Assembly: GCA_900544995.1 (NCBI GenBank)
Contig: UQXC01000001.1
Span: 15,752-79,751, forward strand
DNA length: 64,000 nt
Reading direction: 5' to 3'
From: an uncultured Collinsella sp.
GTDB taxonomy: Bacteria; Actinomycetota; Coriobacteriia; Coriobacteriales; Coriobacteriaceae
Under the pieces are notes generated by a model, which saw only the letters and a list, made by a program, of their open reading frames with translations, ran no database searches and was not told the origin of the DNA. Made by a program: the position numbers and the translations under genes. Shown here piece by piece: positions 59,730 through 64,000 of the stretch; position 1 is the stretch's first letter, and every line of letters starts with the position of its first letter.

Positions 59730-60865
59730 TCTACCTGGATAACGCGGCGACGACCATGCACAAGCCGCAGGCGGTCATCGACGCCGTGACGCAAGCGATG
59801 TGCTCGCTCGGCAATGCTGGGCGCGGTGCCACCTCGGGTGCGCTCGATGCGGCACGTACCATCCACGGCTGCCGCGCCAAGCTTGCGCGCTTGCTGGGCT
59901 GCCCGCGTGCTGACCATGTTTGTTTTACGCCCAACTCCACCGCGGCGCTCAACACCGTTATCAATGGCGTGGTGCGCCCCGGCGACCGCGTGGTCACGAC
60001 GGTGCTTGAGCACAACTCGGTGCTACGTCCGCTCAACCGCTTGGCGGCAGAGCAGGGCGTGACCGTTGAGCATGCGGGCTGCGACGCGAACGGTGTGCTC
60101 GACTACGACGAGCTCGAGCGGTTGGTCACGCCGGGCACGCGTGCCGTGGTGGTGACGCACGCCTCCAATGTGACCGGCAACGCGGTCGACATTGCGCGCG
60201 TGGCTGCCATCGCGCATGCGGCCGGCGCGCTGGTGATCGTCGACGCCTCGCAGTCTGCCGGCACGGCGCATATCGATATGCAGGCCATGGGGCTCGACGT
60301 CGTGTGCTTTACCGGCCACAAAGGGCTGATGGGTCCGCAGGGCACTGGCGGCCTGGCCGTGGCGGAGGGCGTCGACGTGGCGCCCTGGGCCATGGGCGGC
60401 ACCGGTGTACACAGCTTCGATGAGCTGCAGCCACTGGAGTGGCCCACGCGCCTGGAGGCCGGTACGCTCAACGGCCACGGTATCGCTGGCCTTTCTGCTG
60501 GCCTCGACTTTATCGAGGCCCAGGGTGGGGTCGAGGCGATTGCTGCCCACGAGCGTGCGCTCGCCGATCGCCTCCTTGCCGGCGTGCGCGAGATTCCGGG
60601 GATTAAGCTCTACGGTGCCTTTGACCAGCCGACGCGCTCTGCGATTGTGTCGCTCAACGTGGGCGATATCGATTCTGCCGAGATCTCGGATGCGCTCATG
60701 CAAGGGTGGGGGATTGCGACGCGCCCCGGCGCCCATTGCGCCCCGCTCATGCACCGTGCGCTGGGAACCGAGCGCCAGGGCGTCGTCCGCTTCTCATTTG
60801 GGTATTTCAACACGACCGAAGAAGTCGACACGGCTATCGATGCTCTGTGCGATTTAGCCTGCTAA
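59726..60865 (+). CDS. Class-V aminotransferase-fold cysteine desulfurase / selenocysteine lyase-like protein.
   Basis: IYLDNAATT N-terminus; the PLP-lysine region FTGHKGLMGPQGTGGL; C-terminal ATRPGAHCAP active-site Cys loop. Confidence 0.75.
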   Translation: MIYLDNAATTMHKPQAVIDAVTQAMCSLGNAGRGATSGALDAARTIHGCRAKLARLLGCPRADHVCFTPNSTAALNTVINGVVRPGDRVVTTVLEHNSVLRPLNRLAAEQGVTVEHAGCDANGVLDYDELERLVTPGTRAVVVTHASNVTGNAVDIARVAAIAHAAGALVIVDASQSAGTAHIDMQAMGLDVVCFTGHKGLMGPQGTGGLAVAEGVDVAPWAMGGTGVHSFDELQPLEWPTRLEAGTLNGHGIAGLSAGLDFIEAQGGVEAIAAHERALADRLLAGVREIPGIKLYGAFDQPTRSAIVSLNVGDIDSAEISDALMQGWGIATRPGAHCAPLMHRALGTERQGVVRFSFGYFNTTEEVDTAIDALCDLAC

Positions 60866-60943
60866 AGCTGCTAGAGCGTATATACTTGCGGGACGGGTGT
60901 TTTTGCCCGTCCCATTTTTTGTTTCAACCTGAAAGGTGGACCC

Positions 60944-62302
60944 ATGGCTTCATCCGCCCCGCGCGGTCTGCGCTCCGACCATGTCGTCACCGTCGGCATC
61001 GCCCTGTTCTCGATGCTCTTTGGCGCCGGCAACCTCATTATTCCGCCACTGCTGGCGCTGCAGGCAGGTTCTGCCACGCCGGTCGCTATGCTTGGCTTTC
61101 TCATCGCCGCCATCGGCCTGCCCGTCATGGGCTTTATCGCCGTGGCGCTTGCCGGCACGGCGCGTGAGCTTGCCGGCCGCGTGCATCCCAAGTTTGGCGA
61201 GTTCTTTGTCGCGGCAGTATATCTGGCCATCGGCCCGTGCCTTGCCATTCCGCGTACGAGCTCCACGGCCTTTGAGATGCTGGTACCGTTGCTGCCCGAG
61301 GGCGTTTCGCTCGGCACGGCACGTCTGGTGTTTGCCATCGGGTTCTTCGTAGTCGCGTTTGTGCTCACGCTGCGCCCCGGCGTCATCACGCGCGTGCTCG
61401 GTCGCATTACGGGCCCTGCGCTCATTGCGCTTATCGTGCTCGTTGTCGGCGCCGCCGTGATCTCGCCGCTGGGACCGGCTGCTGCCCCGCAAGCTCCCTA
61501 TGATGCCGGCGCTGCGGTCCAAGGCTTCTTGACCGGCTACCAGACCATGGACCTGCTTGCGTCGCTCGCCTTTGGCATCATCATCGCCGAGACCATTCAC
61601 GAGCTGGGCGTGACCGACGACAAGCGCGTCGCTTTTGAAATTTCGCGCTCCGGTGTGATCGCCGGCGTGCTCATGGCCGTCATCTACTGCGGCTTAGCCC
61701 TTGCCGGTATGCAGCTCGGCACCGTGATGCCCGACGCCACCAACGGCGCTGCCATCCTTGCTCGCTCGGCCTCCATGCATTTTGGGCTTGCCGGCACGGT
61801 CGTGGTCTTTGCGATCTTTTTCCTTGCCTGCATGAACGTGTGCATCGGTCTTATTAGCTGCTGCTCGCGTTACTTCTGCGAGACGTACGTGGTTGAAGGG
61901 GGAGTGGAGGCCTCCGAGGAGGCCATGCGCCGTCCCTTTGCGGTTCTCGCCTTTGTGTTCGCAGCGTTTTCGTGCGTGCTCTCTAACGTGGGCCTCGACG
62001 TGATCCTTATGTTCTCGGTGCCCATGCTTAACGCCTTGTATCCCGTCGCTATCGTGCTGGTACTGATGGGCCTGGTGCATGGCTTTTGCGACGCTCATCC
62101 GCAGGTGTGGGTCTGGGTCGGCGGCGTGGTCGCCGTGCAGAGCGTGATCACCTCGGTCCGCGATGCGTTCGTTGCGGGCGCGTGGCTGCCGTTTGATGCG
62201 CTACCCCTGGCAGACATCGGTGCCGCGTGGGCGCCGGTTGCCGTGGTTGCCTTTGTGATCGGTCTGCTCCATAGTCGTTTTGTCGCACATTCGAGGAGCT
62301 AA
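60944..62302 (+). CDS. brnQ: Branched-chain amino acid transport system II carrier protein (LIVCS/BrnQ family).
   Basis: 12-TM pattern and N-terminal FGAGNLIIPPLLA, typical of BrnQ. Confidence 0.8.
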   Translation: MASSAPRGLRSDHVVTVGIALFSMLFGAGNLIIPPLLALQAGSATPVAMLGFLIAAIGLPVMGFIAVALAGTARELAGRVHPKFGEFFVAAVYLAIGPCLAIPRTSSTAFEMLVPLLPEGVSLGTARLVFAIGFFVVAFVLTLRPGVITRVLGRITGPALIALIVLVVGAAVISPLGPAAAPQAPYDAGAAVQGFLTGYQTMDLLASLAFGIIIAETIHELGVTDDKRVAFEISRSGVIAGVLMAVIYCGLALAGMQLGTVMPDATNGAAILARSASMHFGLAGTVVVFAIFFLACMNVCIGLISCCSRYFCETYVVEGGVEASEEAMRRPFAVLAFVFAAFSCVLSNVGLDVILMFSVPMLNALYPVAIVLVLMGLVHGFCDAHPQVWVWVGGVVAVQSVITSVRDAFVAGAWLPFDALPLADIGAAWAPVAVVAFVIGLLHSRFVAHSRS

Positions 62303-62392
62303 GGCATCAATGCTTGCACAGGCGGGGAGTCTCCCCTATAATTTCCTTCGCTTTGGGACACGCAAGGTTTAGACCTTAGCTGCTCAACACCT

Positions 62393-62469
62393 TCGGGACG
62401 TGGCGCAGTTTGGTAGCGCGCCTGCTTTGGGAGCAGGATGTCGCAGGTTCAAATCCTGTCGTCCCGACC
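62393..62469 (+). tRNA. tRNA-Pro (anticodon TGG).
   Basis: Cloverleaf with acceptor cgggacg/cgtcccg, anticodon loop cuUUGGgag and T-loop GGTTCAAATCC. A 3' CCA is encoded. Confidence 0.85.
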
Positions 62470-62475
62470 ATATCT

Positions 62476-62549
62476 TGCGGGCGTAGTTCAATGGTAGAAC
62501 CCCAGCCTTCCAAGCTGATGACGCGGGTTCGATTCCCGTCGCCCGCTCC
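62476..62549 (+). tRNA. tRNA-Gly (anticodon TCC).
   Basis: Acceptor gcgggcg/cgcccgc, anticodon loop cuUCCaa and T-loop GGTTCGATTCC. A 3' CCA is encoded. Confidence 0.8.
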
Positions 62550-62560
62550 ATAAGATAGAT

Positions 62561-62596
62561 GAATGGCTCTGATTCCTTTAGGAACCAGAGCCATTT
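62561..62596 (+). terminator. Rho-independent terminator after the tRNA pair.
   Basis: aatggctctgattcc-ttta-ggaaccagagccatt followed by TTTT. Confidence 0.8.
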
Positions 62597-62628
62597 TCAT
62601 ATACATGCCGGGACCCCACATCCCCTCC

Positions 62629-62696
62629 TAAGTTGCGGTGAAATACGGACTGTTTTTCGGCTTTTATGGCCCATGTAGTCCGTATTTCACCGCAAC
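62629..62696. repeat. MITE/REP-like palindromic repeat, copy R5.
   Basis: aagttgcggtgaaatacggactgtttttcgg…gtagtccgtatttcaccgcaact. The outer flank ccccacatcccctcct mirrors the flank of R6. Confidence 0.75.
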
Positions 62697-62861
62697 TATT
62701 TGTAAGGTTGTTTTTTGATGCCGTTGGGAGGGTCGTGGCGACCGTCTACCGAGAGTGGAAATATTTTTTGAAGCTCTGACCTGCGGCGTCAAGCTTTTGG
62801 TCAGCTTTTGGCAAGGCCTGCGGACGGAAGCATGCGATAGCGTAATGATATTCTCTCCGCC

Positions 62862-63884
62862 GTGATGGTTATGGGGTTGGCCATGCTCGATAAAGGCAAA
62901 CATTTTCCGCAGTCATATGCAAGGATGCTATTCTCGGCCGTTGGAATTCATCAAGATGGACAGCTGCTTATAACAATTGATCCTTGGGATGAACGCCGTG
63001 CGCGTGAGCTTATGCAGGAAGAGCTCATGCTTCGTCTTTACAATCACGTGTATGCTGATCCGGTCTATTGGAATAATCTTGGGGTTGAAGATCGCATCTT
63101 TCAGCTGGCATCCGCTATTGCGGTCGTTGAACCGGATGCTGTGTTTTGCGGATCGACAGCAGCGCTGCTCTACGGCATCGGCTCGGCGTATACGCTTCTG
63201 GATAAAGTGCAAGTACTGCTGCCACGGTCTACAAGGCGTGATACGTATGAGTTCGTTGAATACAAGCGCTGGCGGGCGGGCGAAGTGTGGCGGCTAGGTC
63301 TGTTTACACTGACGGATCCGTGTCGAACGGTTGTTGATATCGCCCGAACGAGCGCCTTTCGCTATGCGCTGGGCTATGTCGATGGCTTGGCCCGTGAGTA
63401 CGATGTCGAACGCGAAGAGCTGCGAGCATATGCGCAGGCAAATTGTCGAGGGTTGCATGGCATCGCGCGTGCTTGTGACGTTTTTGATTATATGGATGGC
63501 AGGTCAGACAATGGCGGCGAGTCTGAGGCGAGAGCAGCGATGATTCTCGCTGGGGTTGCCGCGCCCGAGCTTCAAGTTGAGATAACGCGACCGGGAAACG
63601 CTGGCTATTATCTAGCAGATTATGGCTGGCAGATGCCAGACGGCTCATGGACGCTGGCAGAGCTGCATGGGCTAGGCAAGTTTGAAGACGAGGCTCAAAA
63701 TGATCCAGAGTGGGCGGCGGCAAAAACGTATCGAGCGGCCCTCATGCGCGACGCGAACCTTCGCGCCATGGGCCACAACGTCATTCATTTCAAACTCTCG
63801 GACACCTACGACGTGGAATCGTTCGGTGCCATGATGCGCGGCTACGGCATTCCGACAACAAAACCCTACGCTGACTCCCGATAG
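62862..63884 (+). CDS. Hypothetical protein (340 aa), possibly AbiEi-like; in a lower-GC cassette bracketed by repeats R5 and R6.
   Basis: ORF in a region of locally reduced GC. Motif CGSTAALLYGIG is reminiscent of the S..SAL.LHGL motif of AbiEi-type antitoxin domains (weak). No confident family. Confidence 0.4.
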   Translation: MMVMGLAMLDKGKHFPQSYARMLFSAVGIHQDGQLLITIDPWDERRARELMQEELMLRLYNHVYADPVYWNNLGVEDRIFQLASAIAVVEPDAVFCGSTAALLYGIGSAYTLLDKVQVLLPRSTRRDTYEFVEYKRWRAGEVWRLGLFTLTDPCRTVVDIARTSAFRYALGYVDGLAREYDVEREELRAYAQANCRGLHGIARACDVFDYMDGRSDNGGESEARAAMILAGVAAPELQVEITRPGNAGYYLADYGWQMPDGSWTLAELHGLGKFEDEAQNDPEWAAAKTYRAALMRDANLRAMGHNVIHFKLSDTYDVESFGAMMRGYGIPTTKPYADSR

Positions 63885-63911
63885 CGAAATCGTTCGCAGC
63901 CAACCTTCAAT

Positions 63912-63980
63912 AAGTTGCGGTGAAATACGGACTGTTGAGGCCTTTAAAGGCATGAAACAGTCCGTATTTCACCGCAACTT
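63912..63980. repeat. MITE/REP-like palindromic repeat, copy R6.
   Basis: aagttgcggtgaaatacggactgttgaggcctttaaaggcatgaaacagtccgtatttcaccgcaactt, followed by aggagggggtgggg, the reverse complement of the R5 upstream flank. Confidence 0.75.
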
Positions 63981-64000
63981 AGGAGGGGGTGGGGTTAGCT

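Overview
This window is high-GC (~63-65%) chromosomal DNA with a Gram-positive, actinobacterial-type (possibly Coriobacteriia-like) gene organisation, densely coding on both strands. From start to end:

- **1-8 kb:** the tail of the dcw/division cluster (pgeF, yggS, sepF, yggT, divIVA), with a complete pstSCAB-phoU phosphate-uptake operon inserted between pgeF and yggS.
- **8-24 kb:** a Pit/DUF47 phosphate pair; a bacterial-type PARG-like protein; thiC-thiD behind a TPP riboswitch; yaaA; an M18 aminopeptidase; polA.
- **24-41 kb:** argG and argH separated by an unusual 520-bp spacer; ndk; rpiB; rpsA; RNase P RNA (rnpB); an IMPACT/YigZ protein; metY; xpt; arfB.
- **41-47 kb:** molybdenum cofactor and molybdate uptake genes (moeA, moaB/mogA, modABC).
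- **47.2-60.9 kb:** the most unusual part. Two paralogous 2-hydroxyacyl-CoA-dehydratase-like (double-cubane-cluster-type) proteins bracket an Opp/Dpp/Nik-type ABC importer and are followed by a BadF/BcrAD/HgdC-type ATPase activase. Next come a GT4-like glycosyltransferase translationally coupled to a selenocysteine-containing SelD (in-frame UGA), then YedF, a DUF3343 protein and a class-V cysteine desulfurase/selenocysteine lyase-like gene. I interpret this as a selenium-utilisation (selenosugar-type, senB/senC-like) module without an EgtB-like senA, possibly linked to the neighbouring reductase/ABC genes.
- **End of window:** tRNA-Pro and tRNA-Gly, then a lower-GC hypothetical gene bracketed by two copies of a ~70-bp palindromic MITE-like repeat.

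Six copies of that repeat family are scattered through the window, together with other long hairpin elements. No transposase, integrase or CRISPR array is present. All functional calls rest on motif and family recognition from the translated ORFs, not on database searches.
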